Source of the DNA: an uncultured Verrucomicrobiae bacterium | GTDB taxonomy: Bacteria; Verrucomicrobiota; Verrucomicrobiia; Chthoniobacterales; JAFAMB01 | Length of the DNA stretch: 64,000 nucleotides | Assembly: GCA_963837955.1 (NCBI GenBank) | Contig: CAWIPH010000002.1 | Location: 4,480,001 to 4,544,000, forward strand | Direction of reading: 5' to 3' | Shown here: positions 22,978-34,796 of the stretch, one piece after another | Numbering within the stretch: position 1 is the first letter of the stretch | How the letters are laid out: each line of letters opens with the position of its first letter | Position numbers and translations under genes: made by a program | Notes under the pieces: model-generated | What the model saw: only the letters and a program-made list of their open reading frames with translations | The model's database searches: none | What the model was told of the DNA's origin: nothing

Positions 22978-25467
22978 TCATTCAGTCTGAATCCACACCT
23001 CCTGCGTGCCACCGGAGTTTGTTTGCACATGGATCTCTTCGCCTCGGTTCGTGGAAACGATCTGGAACGCAGCGGGCGAATGATTCAGGCTCACCGACTT
23101 GACCTGGGTTTTAGCCGGCAGGGTGTATCCGATGGTTAAACTCCAGCCAACCGGAGCCGAAACTGTTGTGACATAGTTTATTCCGGCACGCCGCACCGAA
23201 ACGGCGATCTGCGAAGAGCCTATCCGCAGATTATCAACCGAAAGCTCTTTCCAGGAACCAGGTAGGTCCGGCACGACCGACAAAGATTTTGCGGGAGCAT
23301 CCGGCTTGATCCCAAGGTACAACTCCAGCAGCGGCCAGTGAATGCCATACGAAGACCAGGCTTGCATGACCATCGCCCCGCCGAATGGCGGGAAGTACTT
23401 GTAATCTGGACTATCAAATAATTCCGGTAATGCGCCGGGCTGCTCGACGTCCAGTTCGTTAGCGATGAACTTGATATAACTTAGCGATTGGTCCATTCGC
23501 CCGTAATTGGCCTCGGCGATGGCCATTACACCGGTGTTCACCGCAGAGGCTTGAAGATTGCCTTTGATGGCCGGGAGGCTTTGACCTTGCTGATAGAAAC
23601 CGGTCGTTCCAGTAAAAGTGGAAGACTCGAGTTGGGGGAAGGCGATTGAGGCGTTCTGCAACGGAGCGATACTTGTCTCCATCGGGGTAGCATTGATCCA
23701 GTAGAGCTGTTCCAGTGGCTGTGTCGTTGGTTGGTTGCCAAGCGTTGCTGGAGGATCTGTCGGCACCACTTGATTCAGAGCGAGCGAATCGGCAAAGAGC
23801 CCCGGGCTCGACATCCACCAGTCATTTGTGAAATTGCTAGTCAGCGCGCTGGCCTTCTTGGTGGCCCAGTCCCGCGTGGCAGTATCTCCTCTGCTATCCG
23901 CCATTTCAGCTAGATCATTCAGCGCCCGAATGGTGTAAACGGCCACATCGAGCTTGATCGCGCCCATGCCGGTCGCTTCAACCATTCCGGCGCCTTCCGG
24001 CCAGCCATGCGGATTTAAGCTGGGGGTGAAATTAGTCGTGACGTAGTTCAGTCCAGCTTTGATGAAATCATAGTTGTCGTCCCGAACGGAATTATCACCC
24101 GACCAACGCCAGAGAGTAGCAACGGCCGTAGCGAACTCTGCCGTTTCGTTTACATCACCATTTTGTGCGTTGGTACCAAAATAAATCGAGCCGTCCGTGA
24201 CGATCTCGTGCAGCACTTTGCCGGTTGTTCCGTTCACCAGCTGCGAGACCTGGCGGATGGTAGCTAAATGATTTTTGGCTTCTTCCCACTGCCCAACTGC
24301 AGCCAATGAAAAGGTGGTATACGCGCCATCGGTTCCGAAAAACCAGGGATAGTCCGGATATCCAGCTCCGAAGCCGGAAAGAACGGGAAATGTGGGCGTG
24401 AGCGGGGACGGGTACACTTTTCCTTCCTGGGTATCCCGGACCATCATATCGCGAACCGTCCTCCGCATATCGGCCAAGTTCAGTTTACCCCAATCAAAAG
24501 CGGCTTGGATGTCTTCATCCGGAACATGGATTTGCGCCTGGGAGAGCACTTGCTGGCGCCCGGCGATTTTCGCGCGGAGCAGTTCATCCGGAGCCGCCAG
24601 CCCGAGCGTCAGGGCTCCGGAAGCTTCCGTCAGGTCGACATTCGAGCCAGCAATGGCGAACCAGACCGTCGCGCTGGATTCCCCTTTGAGCGTGACTTGA
24701 TATTTCAGCATTCCAGTAGCGCCGTTGTGCTTAGAGGTGTTCGGAGGAAAGCTGGCTCCAATTGATTGGAAACCCGTCTCTCGATCCTGCGGGTCCAGGG
24801 CCGCGCTGACGAGCGCATACCATGCTGAGCGGCTAAGTGTGGATTGGGCAGGTTGAGTGAACTGAAGCGCTCCGAGAGTTGAATCAAAAGAGACTTGGTC
24901 CGGTAGATGGAGTGATTCGGAGGTGGGCGTGGTCCCGCTCCATGGATAAGCTGGAATTAATTCGCTCTCGGCTTCAATGGCTAGGGTGAAGCTGTTAGTA
25001 CCTGGACTCGAGTTGCGGACCTGCACTCCGACCAGCACGACTGGTAATCCGTCGGGAGCAAATTGAGTCTCGCTGATCTCGATGCCTTGCGTTGGAGGTA
25101 ACTCCAACCGGACATAGCCTGCCCCACTCACAAAGTTCGCAGCTGCAGGCAACGGGTTGCCATTCAAAAAGAATTGAAACTGATGGAGGAGCTTAATCGG
25201 GTGCGCCCATACGCCGCCCATTTGCCCGGTAATGTGCCAGCCTATTCCATTCGGACTCAGGCTGACATCCGGAACCAGGCTGCCATTCTGGACGCCAACG
25301 ACGTAGGCGCGATCACCCGCGGCCACGTAACGCTTCATATTCAGGTTTTGGTCGGTTTCTCTTTCGAGAGGTTCATTCTTCAACGGAATCTGTCCGGCTC
25401 GGGTGGTCGGCACGGACAACAGAGAACCAGCTATCAGCATGGTCCATATGCTTAATCGCAGTTTCAT
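22978..25467 (-). CDS. Secreted (alpha/alpha)6 glycoside hydrolase, glycogen-debranching-enzyme-like
   Basis: Signal peptide MKLRLSIW…; GAGYPDYPWFFGTDG, GKVLHE, PGALPE and MQAW motifs. Confidence 0.7.
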   Translation of the reverse strand: MKLRLSIWTMLIAGSLLSVPTTRAGQIPLKNEPLERETDQNLNMKRYVAAGDRAYVVGVQNGSLVPDVSLSPNGIGWHITGQMGGVWAHPIKLLHQFQFFLNGNPLPAAANFVSGAGYVRLELPPTQGIEISETQFAPDGLPVVLVGVQVRNSSPGTNSFTLAIEAESELIPAYPWSGTTPTSESLHLPDQVSFDSTLGALQFTQPAQSTLSRSAWYALVSAALDPQDRETGFQSIGASFPPNTSKHNGATGMLKYQVTLKGESSATVWFAIAGSNVDLTEASGALTLGLAAPDELLRAKIAGRQQVLSQAQIHVPDEDIQAAFDWGKLNLADMRRTVRDMMVRDTQEGKVYPSPLTPTFPVLSGFGAGYPDYPWFFGTDGAYTTFSLAAVGQWEEAKNHLATIRQVSQLVNGTTGKVLHEIVTDGSIYFGTNAQNGDVNETAEFATAVATLWRWSGDNSVRDDNYDFIKAGLNYVTTNFTPSLNPHGWPEGAGMVEATGMGAIKLDVAVYTIRALNDLAEMADSRGDTATRDWATKKASALTSNFTNDWWMSSPGLFADSLALNQVVPTDPPATLGNQPTTQPLEQLYWINATPMETSIAPLQNASIAFPQLESSTFTGTTGFYQQGQSLPAIKGNLQASAVNTGVMAIAEANYGRMDQSLSYIKFIANELDVEQPGALPELFDSPDYKYFPPFGGAMVMQAWSSYGIHWPLLELYLGIKPDAPAKSLSVVPDLPGSWKELSVDNLRIGSSQIAVSVRRAGINYVTTVSAPVGWSLTIGYTLPAKTQVKSVSLNHSPAAFQIVSTNRGEEIHVQTNSGGTQEVWIQTE

Positions 25468-25676
25468 TTTTGATTTCCTTTTGTTCTGTCGGGTTTCACC
25501 TGGGCTTCCTGCCAAGGTGGGAAGGGAAAACCGGTTTTGGCTTATCGGCAGACTGGGCCGCGTAGCGAGTGAACGTCCTTTGCGGGACAGTTGGTCAGAA
25601 AAGTAGCGGACCGCGCCGCTCTTTATCGTTAAAGGTAAGGGAGGAGGTTGATCATCCATGATCCGTTTCCTCCTCC

Positions 25677-26831
25677 CTATGACCGCTTTGATGTTCGGGG
25701 TGCTGCGACCGATTCCCGTACGATCAATTCGGTCGAAAGTTTTCGGAATTCCGCGGTGTACGGTAAATCTCCAGCCACAATCGCCGCCGCCATCTGCCCC
25801 TTTGCTCGAGACGGTTGCCGAACCGTGGTCAGAGGAGGAGTGGATCCAGCGGCTTGCGGAATATCGTCGAATCCGATGATGGAAAGGTCTCTGGGCACCT
25901 TCAACCCAAGCTGGGTTGCAGCGTGCAGCGCACCGAAAGCCATTCGGTCACTCATCGAAAATATCGCAGTCGGTCGCCCGCGTTTCCTGCTCAAAAATTT
26001 CGTAGTCCAATAAGCCGCTTCCGCGTCGTCATTAATTCGGATTTCGTAGATTGGAACCGTTGCGAGATCGATTCCGGCAGCTTTCAATCCGTCGACATAT
26101 CCCAAAAGGCGTTGCCGGGTGACCGAGGCGCGGCATCTTTTGACTCGGTCACGGTCAACCAGTCCGGAGAATCCGTCGGGCAGCATCTCCAATGACAGGA
26201 TAGCTATCTGGCGATGACCAAGTTCCAAGACGTGACCAGCGATTTTCCTCGCTGCACCGCGATCGTCGATGCCCACCGCGGCGATACCGGGAAGTTTGCC
26301 CATGTCTACGGTAACGGTGGGCAATTGTCGCCCCAGGACGCGTTTGATGATCGAGCTATGGTCCGGAATCGCATAGAGAATGAAACTGTCGACGGCTACT
26401 TTATCGATCGCCGTTATTCGGGAGATATCCTGCGCGGCGGGTAAGACGGTTAATCCGTATTGGTGCTTCTCGCAGATCTCAGAGATTCCCGCCATGAAAG
26501 CAGATGCATTGGAATCCTCGAAGAGGTGAGGGATCGGATCGGCATTAAACAGCGCGATGGCACCGGCTAGTCCGGTTCTGAGCATTCTGCCGGAGGGACG
26601 CGGTCCATGGTAACCGGCGCTTGCGGCTGTAGAGAGAATATGCTGCCGGAGATCGGCAGATAATTCTTCAGGCCGATTAAAAGCGTTTGATACGGTCATA
26701 GCCGAAACGCCGAGTTGCTGAGCCAAAGACTTCAGAGTCACCCGATCACGGATGGGAAACATGGGCTGAACTGGAGGATTTTGAGGCAAGGGGGAACCAA
26801 ATTTTCCTACTTCCTTTAACGTTAAAGTCAA
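25677..26831 (-). CDS. LacI-family regulator
   Basis: TLKSLAQQLGVSAMTVSNAFN HTH; DLSIIGFDD and PPLTTVRQP motifs; start uncertain. Confidence 0.92.
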   Translation of the reverse strand: MTLTLKEVGKFGSPLPQNPPVQPMFPIRDRVTLKSLAQQLGVSAMTVSNAFNRPEELSADLRQHILSTAASAGYHGPRPSGRMLRTGLAGAIALFNADPIPHLFEDSNASAFMAGISEICEKHQYGLTVLPAAQDISRITAIDKVAVDSFILYAIPDHSSIIKRVLGRQLPTVTVDMGKLPGIAAVGIDDRGAARKIAGHVLELGHRQIAILSLEMLPDGFSGLVDRDRVKRCRASVTRQRLLGYVDGLKAAGIDLATVPIYEIRINDDAEAAYWTTKFLSRKRGRPTAIFSMSDRMAFGALHAATQLGLKVPRDLSIIGFDDIPQAAGSTPPLTTVRQPSRAKGQMAAAIVAGDLPYTAEFRKLSTELIVRESVAAPRTSKRS

Positions 26832-27494
26832 CCGTTTTGTTTTCCCTCCTCACCCCAAAATCTCACGTGAGACGCAAAGGCGCGAAACGCGGATTTCGAG
26901 AATGTTTCACAAATGGCTCGCAGAGACCGAGAAGAACTTTCTAACAGGAGCCACAGACGATAACGGAGAAAACCGAGTCTCACGCAAAGGCGCCAAGACG
27001 CAAAGGTTTGCGCACCAATCACCGATCCCTTCTGGATTTCCTGCCTTCTGTATTCTGTCAGCATCGATACCCCGGAATATTGAACGTATAAAGGACGTGA
27101 GCCCAGATTGGAGGCCTCGCTACCGCTCCCTGGCTCGACGTTAAGAGCTCACCGCATCTGACAATGCAGCATGAGAAATGGTGACTGCAGATCTAGCTGG
27201 AAATCAGCTAATTTGTGCTGCGCTTCGCCCATACGCGTCAAAATAGACTGGCTTGTCCTGTCTCCATCGTCCTGGATTTCGGCCTTTTCCGTGCGCTCTA
27301 GAGAGCGTCGACTCTCTAACCTGGGGTACCGTCAAGCTCAACCCTGGGCTATCCACGCGCGTTTGCGTATCTGCCATAATGTGATCTGTGATGCGCATTC
27401 GCTCCCCGCTTTGTATCTGCTATTTGCTACCTGCGGCTGTCTCGCCCGTTTAGGCGTGACCCCTATTGGACTCTTCTCCAAAATGGCTTGCTTA

Positions 27495-28378
27495 TGAGGC
27501 TGCTCCGCGCTGTTTCCTTTTTCGCCCTGCTCTCTGGCTTAGCGACTTCCGCAATGGCCGTGGAATGGCCAAGTGACTTCGTCGTCCATTCCGGTACCGA
27601 ATCCCCCGGCGGTCGTTACGGTATTCTGGTCTCAACACAGGAATCGGACTCGAACTGCTATCTAGCCGATATTCAGTCCCATCGGGTGCTAGGAAAGCTC
27701 AAGGAAGTGGACTACTTCGAACACGAGAATCACGCCGATCTCTCGGCGATCTGGAGTGCGGATTCCATTCGTTGCGTAGTAACGTGCAGTGGCCGTTTTG
27801 GCTTCGGAACGATCGCGCTGGTCGAGCTCCACGGGCAGAATTTTCATCAAGTCGATCTCGGCACCGCTATCCAGAACTCGCTCGAGGCAGTGACTTCGAA
27901 AGAAGCAAAGAAGGATGGCGAGAAACCCGACTGCTTCGCCATTGCCTACCAGCGCTTCGTCAAAGATAACAAGATCCGGTTCCGCGCCGTAAGCACCTCG
28001 AACCCCAAACAACTGGATATCGTGCGGACTTATTGCGCGCTTTTCCAAGGCACTTATGATTACGGCGCAGCCCGCTGGACAGTTACCGATGCGCGTTCGA
28101 TCACGGCGGATATGTTTGAAATTTTGGCCGACGTTTACGTAGACGCCGGCGACGATACGAGGGAATTTTCCAATGAGCAGGATAAAGCGGAAGCTTACGA
28201 CGAATCGCTGAACCAGGTCTATTCCGCGGTGCGTTTTATCTTACCAAAGGCCGAGTTTGAGAAGGTAAAAGCTACCCAGGTTGCCTGGCTCAAGCAGCGA
28301 GATGCGGTCTCATCTATCGAGGAGAAAAACCAGCTTGTCCTGGCCCGGGTCAACGCGCTGAAGGATCTGCTCCGGTAA
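27495..28378 (+). CDS. Secreted protein with a C-terminal LprI/DUF1311-like domain
   Basis: Signal peptide; LNQVYSAV…QVAWLKQRD pattern. Confidence 0.6.
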
Positions 28379-29117
28379 TATTCGGCGGGCCAAGATTAAC
28401 CTCACGCAAAGACGCGAAGACGGGTCTCACGCAAAGGCGCCAAGACGCAAAGACGGATGCTAAACAGAAGGTAGCAAAGGAAGCAAAGGTTAGACCACTG
28501 GGTTCTGAATTCCGCTTCTCATTAATTTGTCATCTGTCATTTGTCATGCGCTTCGCCCGCTATCTGCTATCTGCTATCTGCTATGCGCTTCGCCTGCTAT
28601 GCGCTCCGCCCGTCATGCGTTTCGCCTGTCCCTCTCCTTGCCCCCAAATTCTAAATTCCAAATTCCAGGGCGGGTAGGGCGAAACAGATCCAGCGAAGGC
28701 AGGATCTGTGAGCTTAAAGATTTGGGCGGATCCAAATTCCAAATTCTGGAATCCAGATTCTGATTTCTGCCAGCCCACCCCGCATGTTGAATGTTTAGGC
28801 GTGCCCCTATCGTCACAGTTGCATCCCACCGGCTCGGGATAAGATTTGCGACAACTGAGGAGTTTGCCGCGCGGGATGCAATATGCATTATCCGGCTGTC
28901 ATCCCGTTTATATTACTCTAATGTACTGAGAGGACGGCCATGCGCCATGTTTCGCGTTTCACTCCCCGCCTCCATCTGTCATTTTCATCTGTCATCTGTC
29001 ATCTGTCATCTGTCATCTGTCATGCGCTTCGCCTGTCCCTAATGGATCAGCCCTTGCCCCTCACCCGGCCAGTCATGTAAATGTTTTGTGGGCCGGCCGG
29101 CTAGAAAAGGAGACATA

Positions 29118-30620
29118 GTGGAACATCTCTTACAGCTGCAACACATCACAAAGTCGTTCTATGGAGTCGAAGTACTGAAAAAGGTAAACTTTGATCTTTG
29201 CCAAGGAGAAGTCCACGCGCTCTTGGGCGAGAATGGAGCGGGCAAGTCTACTCTGATCAAGATACTTTCCGGAGCCTATAAGCTCGATTCTGGAAGGATC
29301 ATGCTGAAAGGAAAAGAGATCGCTCCTAACTACGGCCCGAAAGGCGCAGAAGATCTGGGCATAGTAACCATCTATCAGAATTTCCACCTTGTTCCCCACT
29401 TAAGCGTCGCGGAAAACTTAGCCATTCGAAAGTTCACGACTGATCAAGGTCTGTTGATCAATTGGCCGAGAGTGTATAACCAGGCCAGGGAAACTCTCGC
29501 AAGAATCAATTTCCCGATCGACCCAAAATCCAAGGTCAAAAATCTGAGCGTCGCTAAAAAACAGATGCTCGAAATCGCCATCGCTCTTTCCAAAAGAGCT
29601 GAGATTCTCATTATGGACGAGCCGACGGCTGCCCTCAGTAAGAAGGAGATCGAGGTTCTTTTCGAAATCATCGGCCAACTGAAGGCGCAAGGTCTCGGGA
29701 TTATTTACGTCTCTCACAAGCTGGAGGAAATTAAGCAGATCGCGGATCGAGTAACGATTCTTCGGGATGGAGATAAAATCGCCACCCTCAACCTACGAGA
29801 GACTGAGCTGAAAGATGTGATCCGGCTCATGATCGGGCGTGAAATGGTGATTGAACAACGGGAGAAAATCGACACCAAACGGAATATCGTTTTGGCGCTA
29901 AGAGATGTCAGGAACCTCCATTTTACTTACCCGTTGAGTCTGGCGGTTCGAGAGCACGAGGTTTTAGGTATCACCGGGCTGATTGGAGCAGGGAAAACAG
30001 AACTGGCCCAAGTGCTGTTCGGCGTGGACAAGGTCGCCGCGGGCAAGATCTACCTGCAAGGAAAAGAACTGAAAATTAAAACGCCGCGCCGGGCGGTGAA
30101 AGCTGGAATCGGCTATTTACCAGAGGATCGAGACGGTAAAGGTTTGTGTCTCAATATGGGCGTCCGAGAGAACCTCACCCTCGCGTTCCTGGCAAAGCTG
30201 AAACGGCTTTTTTTTGATCGTCTATCCGAAACAATGCTAGCCAAGCGAATGATCCAATCGGTGCGGATCAAGGCAAATAGCGCCTCTCAGCAGGTGAAGT
30301 ATTTGAGTGGCGGAAATAAACAAAAAGTGGTGTTTGGAAAGTGGCTAGAGGCAAAATGCCAAGTCTTAATTCTCGATGAACCCACCATGGGCATTGATAT
30401 CGGAGCCCGAAAGGAAATCTATGATCTCGTACACCGCTTTATCGAGGGGCCGAAGAAAGGACTCATTTTTATCTCGAGCGACATTAACGAGATACTGGAA
30501 GTCGCCGATCGCATCCTGGTAATGTCTGGCCGCCGGATCGTGGCCGAACTCGACGCGCGCGAAACGAATAAGCAGGAAATTATCGAACACAGCATGCGAC
30601 TCAGCGATCAGGTCGCTTAA
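29118..30620 (+). CDS. Monosaccharide ABC transporter ATP-binding protein (RbsA-like)
   Basis: GENGAGKST, DEPT and LSGGNKQK motifs; two ABC domains. Confidence 0.93.
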   Translation: MEHLLQLQHITKSFYGVEVLKKVNFDLCQGEVHALLGENGAGKSTLIKILSGAYKLDSGRIMLKGKEIAPNYGPKGAEDLGIVTIYQNFHLVPHLSVAENLAIRKFTTDQGLLINWPRVYNQARETLARINFPIDPKSKVKNLSVAKKQMLEIAIALSKRAEILIMDEPTAALSKKEIEVLFEIIGQLKAQGLGIIYVSHKLEEIKQIADRVTILRDGDKIATLNLRETELKDVIRLMIGREMVIEQREKIDTKRNIVLALRDVRNLHFTYPLSLAVREHEVLGITGLIGAGKTELAQVLFGVDKVAAGKIYLQGKELKIKTPRRAVKAGIGYLPEDRDGKGLCLNMGVRENLTLAFLAKLKRLFFDRLSETMLAKRMIQSVRIKANSASQQVKYLSGGNKQKVVFGKWLEAKCQVLILDEPTMGIDIGARKEIYDLVHRFIEGPKKGLIFISSDINEILEVADRILVMSGRRIVAELDARETNKQEIIEHSMRLSDQVA

Positions 30621-30638
30621 GTTCACGAAAGCCACAGC

Positions 30639-31586
30639 ATGATACCAAGACAAGCTCGCGCAGTGCTTAGTAATCAAGCGGTCTCCATGTTGCTAATTTT
30701 GATCGCGATGTGGTTTGTTCTATCGCTGCTCTCCCCTTATTTTTTTACTGTTGGCAATCTCTCGGAAATAACGCTGCAAACCGCGGTAATTGGCATTATC
30801 GCAGCGGGAGAAACCTTGATTATCATTTCCGGTGGGATTGACCTTTCGGTAGGCTCAATCTTTGCCTGTTCTGGAGTGCTGGGTGGATTGGTTTTCCAGA
30901 ATACGGCAAACTTGCCGGCTGCGCTTCTCACCACCATTATCTGCGGAGGGATACTTGGACTCGCCAACGGGTTTTTCATAACGCGGCTCCGAGTTCCACC
31001 CTTTATTGCTACTCTCGGGATGCTGGGTATCGCGCGAGGATTGGCTTTAATCTTCTCGCGGGGCATCCCTATTTTCGGTCTCAGCGAGCCGTACCTCTGG
31101 ATAGGTCAAGGGAAGGTCCTTAATTTCATCCCGGTTCCAACAATTATTATGTTGTTGGTGTTCGCTTCAGTTTTTTTCATCGCCCACTTCACCCGGTTTG
31201 GACGATTTACCTACGCGATTGGGAGCAATGCCGAGGCAGCGGTCCTCTCCGGCATCAATTTGAAATTTGTGACCCTATGCATTTATGCCGGGGGCGGACT
31301 CTTGTGCGGCGTAGCATCCATTATCGAAGCTGCTCGACTCGCGACAATCCAACCAGCTGGAGGTAGTGGTTATGAACTTTTGGCGATTGGTGCAGTGGTC
31401 ATCGGTGGCACCAGCTTGTTCGGCGGCGAGGGCAATGTCATCGCGACATTGATCGGAGCTATTATCGAAACGACGATCCGAAACGGTTTGAATCTCCTCG
31501 GCGTCAACGCCTTCTGGCAATACGTGGTGAACGGCGGCGTTATCATTGCCGCGGTGGCGGTAGACCAGTTGAAGAGGGTTGGCTGA
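30639..31586 (+). CDS. Monosaccharide ABC permease (RbsC-like)
   Basis: GGIDLSVGS, PPFIATLG and IGGTSLFGG motifs. Confidence 0.93.
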   Translation: MIPRQARAVLSNQAVSMLLILIAMWFVLSLLSPYFFTVGNLSEITLQTAVIGIIAAGETLIIISGGIDLSVGSIFACSGVLGGLVFQNTANLPAALLTTIICGGILGLANGFFITRLRVPPFIATLGMLGIARGLALIFSRGIPIFGLSEPYLWIGQGKVLNFIPVPTIIMLLVFASVFFIAHFTRFGRFTYAIGSNAEAAVLSGINLKFVTLCIYAGGGLLCGVASIIEAARLATIQPAGGSGYELLAIGAVVIGGTSLFGGEGNVIATLIGAIIETTIRNGLNLLGVNAFWQYVVNGGVIIAAVAVDQLKRVG

Positions 31587-31868
31587 GAAATAGTCAAGGT
31601 TCGACCTCTGCTCTGGGGCCAACGAAATTCAATGCCCGGCGACGTCTCACAGATCACCGGTCGGTGGGAACACGCCCGCGCTCCCGTCACACCGCTCGGT
31701 ATACTGGGTGCCGCATCACCTTGCGACCAGGGCTTGCGCTCGCTGGTTACTGTTGAGCTGAGCGCAACGGCTACAATGGCACCTTTAGTATTGAAGTCAT
31801 GTCCAGAACCGATAGGCTCGGAGCGGGGTCAATACCGACCTTTCTTCCCCCCAAACGAAAGTCTGCGC

Positions 31869-32841
31869 ATGAAAAGTTTAACCCACTTTTTTCGATCTAC
31901 TTTATTCCCGCTTGCCGTTCTTCTGAGCTCGACTGGCGGTTTGTTCGCCCAAGAGAAAAGCCAAGGGACCATTGTCTTTATTCCCAAGTCAACGTCAGCC
32001 ACCTTTTATTTGTTCCTGGTCAAGGGAGCAAAAGATCGAGCCAAAGAACTCGGCTATACCATCGATTACCAGGGTCCCGCGACCGAGACCGAAATTGCCA
32101 GTCAGGTAGATTTGATTCGAAATATTTCCAGATCAAAACCTGCCGGTATTCTGCTGGCTGCACTCGATTCCAAGGGGCTCATCCCGCCGGTGCAGGAAGC
32201 TCTGCAAAATGGTGTTCCGGTTGTGATGGTCGATTCCGGAATTGATAGCGATGCGCCGCAGGCCAGCGTCACGACCGACAATTACAAGGGAGGATTTGAA
32301 GCGGGAATGGAGATGGCAAAGCTGTTAGGAGAGAAAGGCGTGGTTGCCAATCTGGGCATCCAGGCCGGCTCAGTCAGCTCGAAAAGGAGCACTGGCTTCA
32401 ACGATGCTATCGCCAAGTTTCCTAATATGAAAGTACTCCCGATTCAGTGGACGAACGCCGATGCCGCTACGTCGCTGAATATCGCAACCGATCAACTAAC
32501 TGGGAATCCGGACCTGGCCGGCTTTCTTCTCTGCCTGTGCGCCCACGGCCGTCGGTATTTGCCAAGCGATCAAAGCAAAGGGATTGGAGAAGAAAGTAAA
32601 GGTTGTTACATTCGATCCTAGCCCGGAAATTTTACCTCTTTTTGAGAGTGGAGTGATCCAGCGCATCATTGCGCAGGATCCTTATCAAATGGGGTATCAA
32701 GGTGTAGGCTATATTGATAAAGCGCGTAAAAAAGAGCCGATTGAAAGCAAGAAAGTTGAGCTCCCGCCGGTCATGATCACTCCGGAAAACTACAAGAGCG
32801 CGGAAGTACAGAAACTACTGCAAACACCGGATAAATTTTAG
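31869..32841 (+). CDS. Sugar ABC substrate-binding protein (frameshift near 32525)
   Basis: Signal peptide; PVVMVDSG and TDNYKGG motifs; QDPYQMGYQGV in ORF 32584..32841. Confidence 0.85.
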
Positions 32842-33725
32842 CGCAACGGCCAGAAACCTCACGCAAAGGCGCAAAGACGCAAAGGTAGGGAAGCAGAATT
32901 TAGGAGCTGGAATTTGTATGTTTCGAAAAGAAGGAAACGAGGAACGAGATCGTAACCGATGACCGACCTTTTGGAACGGCCGCGAATGCCGACTTTCGCC
33001 AAGGGTTCCAACTTCGCTGACTTTTTTCTCAGACTTCCAACTACAGTCCAAAGTTCGTCGGCTAAGGAACGCAAAGATCGAGAGAGATTCTTACCTTTGC
33101 TGCCTTCTGTTCAAAAAGATCTTCTTTACCGACTCCTGGTGAGCGTTTTTCTGTGATCTCGTCATTTCGTAAGGGGAGCGGCTTCTTACGCTCCTTCCTC
33201 CTTCGCAAGGCCTTCGGCGGGACAAGTCAGAGCGACACGCGTTATTGGGGATCTAACCCAGGGTTCCGCAAAGCCTCCGGGCGAAGCGCATGACAAATAG
33301 CAAATAGCAGATAGCAAATGAAGGCCTGACGGACCTATTGAAATAACCGGAAGGGACATGGGCTGAGTCCTGTTACGCCGTTGGCGTATTTGTCATCTGT
33401 CATTTGTCATCTCTCATCACCTTGGCTATTTGCTATCTGCTATCTGCTATGCGCTTCGCCTGTCATCTGTCATGCGCTTCGCCTGGCTTCCAGCTTCCAA
33501 ATTCTGTCTCCTCATCCTTTGCGTCTTGGCGTCTTTGCGTGAGATTTTTCTTCCGTGTTTTGACCTTTCGAGGACGAGTACGATTCTCTTTCAACAGGAG
33601 CTAACAGAGAAAACGGAGAGACTGTCAGCTCGCCTCTCCGTTTCCTTCTGTGCGTACCTATTCTAAATTCCAACTTCTAGATTCTAGGTCCCATCCTTTG
33701 CGTCTTGGCGTCTTTGCGTGAGATT

Positions 33726-34796
33726 TTAATGCGCTTCGCCAGCTAACTGATTCGGCAGCGCTTTCAATGTTGCGCTGTCGAGTTGACCGGTAACGGACAG
33801 ATTCTCGTTGGACTGAAACAAACGCACCGCTTTTGCCGTTTGTGGGCCGAACAGGCCATCGATCGGACCGTGATAGTAACCGAGTTGAGTTAGCTGATTC
33901 TGCACGGCAACAATGGTGTCCTGAGAAAGCGTCACGTCGGCTGCTGAGGATTGGCCATTGGCATAATCACCAGCGTTGTCGCCGGAATAGACGCCAGCAC
34001 TGCCGTCATAATAGCCGCCGTAGTACGGATAGCCGGACCCGTAGAACGGATAGTAGTCGTACCCGAAGAACGGGTCATACCAAAAGGGATTTCCAAAAAA
34101 GAAACCGCCGTCTGCCGGAAACGATCTCCGTCTCGAAAGATCTCCATCCCGGAAATGATCTCCGTTCCGGAAATGCTCTCCGTTCCGGAAATGATCTTGC
34201 TGGGCAAAGTGCGCTCCTTGGTGTTGTGCGAAGCTATTGCCGGCAAAACTATGCCCGGTGACATGGCTGCCAGGAGTGAAATGGCTGCCGCCACCAGCGA
34301 AATGGCCACCGCCACGAACGAAATGGCTGCTGCCACTAGCAAAATGACCACCGCCACGCGTGAAATGGGTGTTGCCACCAGCAAAATGGCCACCACCACC
34401 ACCGAAATGGCCACCGCCACCACCGAAATGCCCACCGCCACTAGCAAAATGGCCACCGCCACTAGCAAAATGGCCACCGCCACCAGCGAAATGACCACCG
34501 CCACCAGCGAAATGGCCGCCGCCACCAGCGAAATGGCCACCGCCACCAGCGAAATGGCCGCCGCCACCAGCGAAATGGCCGCCGCCACCAGCGAAATGGC
34601 CGCCACCGCCACCGAAATGGCCGCCGCCACCACCGAAGCCTCCCCCATGTCCACCACCACCAAAGCCTCCGCCATGCCCACCACCTCCTCCACCGTGGCC
34701 ACCGCCTCCTCCACCACGAGCGAACGCGGCGGTAGGCGCGAGCGCCAGAATGCCGGCCAGAACCAGACCGACCAATGAACCTTTCATCAATCTCAT
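33726..34796 (-). CDS. Secreted Gly/His/Phe-repeat protein with a C-terminal peptidoglycan-binding domain
   Basis: Signal peptide; long GGGGHFA-type repeat tract; Tyr-rich linker; QLGYYHGPIDGLFGPQTAKAVRLFQ (PG_binding_1 pattern). Confidence 0.8.
   Translation of the reverse strand: MRLMKGSLVGLVLAGILALAPTAAFARGGGGGGHGGGGGGHGGGFGGGGHGGGFGGGGGHFGGGGGHFAGGGGHFAGGGGHFAGGGGHFAGGGGHFAGGGGHFAGGGGHFASGGGHFASGGGHFGGGGGHFGGGGGHFAGGNTHFTRGGGHFASGSSHFVRGGGHFAGGGSHFTPGSHVTGHSFAGNSFAQHQGAHFAQQDHFRNGEHFRNGDHFRDGDLSRRRSFPADGGFFFGNPFWYDPFFGYDYYPFYGSGYPYYGGYYDGSAGVYSGDNAGDYANGQSSAADVTLSQDTIVAVQNQLTQLGYYHGPIDGLFGPQTAKAVRLFQSNENLSVTGQLDSATLKALPNQLAGEAH

Noticed and set aside
33932..34778. ORFs with ATSEMA and VAAAIS repeats
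   Set aside because: These are antisense and alternative frames of the GGGGHF gene, which alone has a signal peptide and a recognisable domain.
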